DNA of 64,000 nucleotides, taken from IMG/VR virus record IMGVR_UViG_3300030104_003613. One strand, given 5' to 3'. This DNA comes from a virus. Below the pieces are notes generated by a model, which was not told the DNA's origin, searched no databases, and saw nothing but the letters and a program-made list of their open reading frames with translations. This document shows, piece by piece, positions 63,850-64,000 of the stretch (position 1 is the first letter of the stretch; the number at the start of each line of letters is the position of its first letter). A program made the translations under genes and the position numbers.

Positions 63850-64000
63850 AATTTTACTGGCAGAAATTTTCATATAGGTTTTGTTTCATTCTTTGAATTA
63901 TATAGAGGGGGTTCGGTGTTGATACACCTCTGGGGGATAAACCCCTCGGGTATATACTTTTGTAGGTTACACAAAGTCGAAATATTATTAGGGGGGGGGG

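Noticed and set aside
1-64000. tRNA genes, CRISPR arrays, introns/inteins, transposases
   Set aside because: Intergenic gaps are short and lack such patterns; gp17, gp20, gp23, gp46 and UvsW have normal lengths.

Overview
This 64-kb window comes from a T4-like marine cyanomyovirus (Kyanoviridae-type; a picocyanobacterial host is inferred from psbN and the gene content). Essentially all real genes lie on the minus strand. In transcription order (right to left): a sigma70-driven operon encoding a GT-A glycosyltransferase, a 49-aa basic peptide, a SET-domain methyltransferase, an ATE/Bpt-like aminoacyl transferase and two hypotheticals; baseplate genes gp25, gp6, a giant gp7, a gp9/10-type fibre, gp8 and a 2535-aa VrlC-like protein; neck and tail genes gp13, gp14, gp15; terminase gp16, a ~7-kb fibre/internal-protein island, and gp17; gp18 to gp23; a small late cluster with a putative internal head protein and a psbN gene missing from the ORF track; gp3, uvsY, uvsW, gp55, gp47, gp46; and a vWA-metallopeptidase followed by a CobS/MoxR AAA ATPase cut by the window edge. 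T4-type late promoters (consensus TATAAATA, often with a relaxed 5' end) precede most structural genes. The best candidate for an undescribed system is the translationally coupled protein-modification operon at ~60.9-63.7 kb. I saw no tRNA, CRISPR array, intron or transposase. Family assignments come from motif recognition and synteny; no database search was run.
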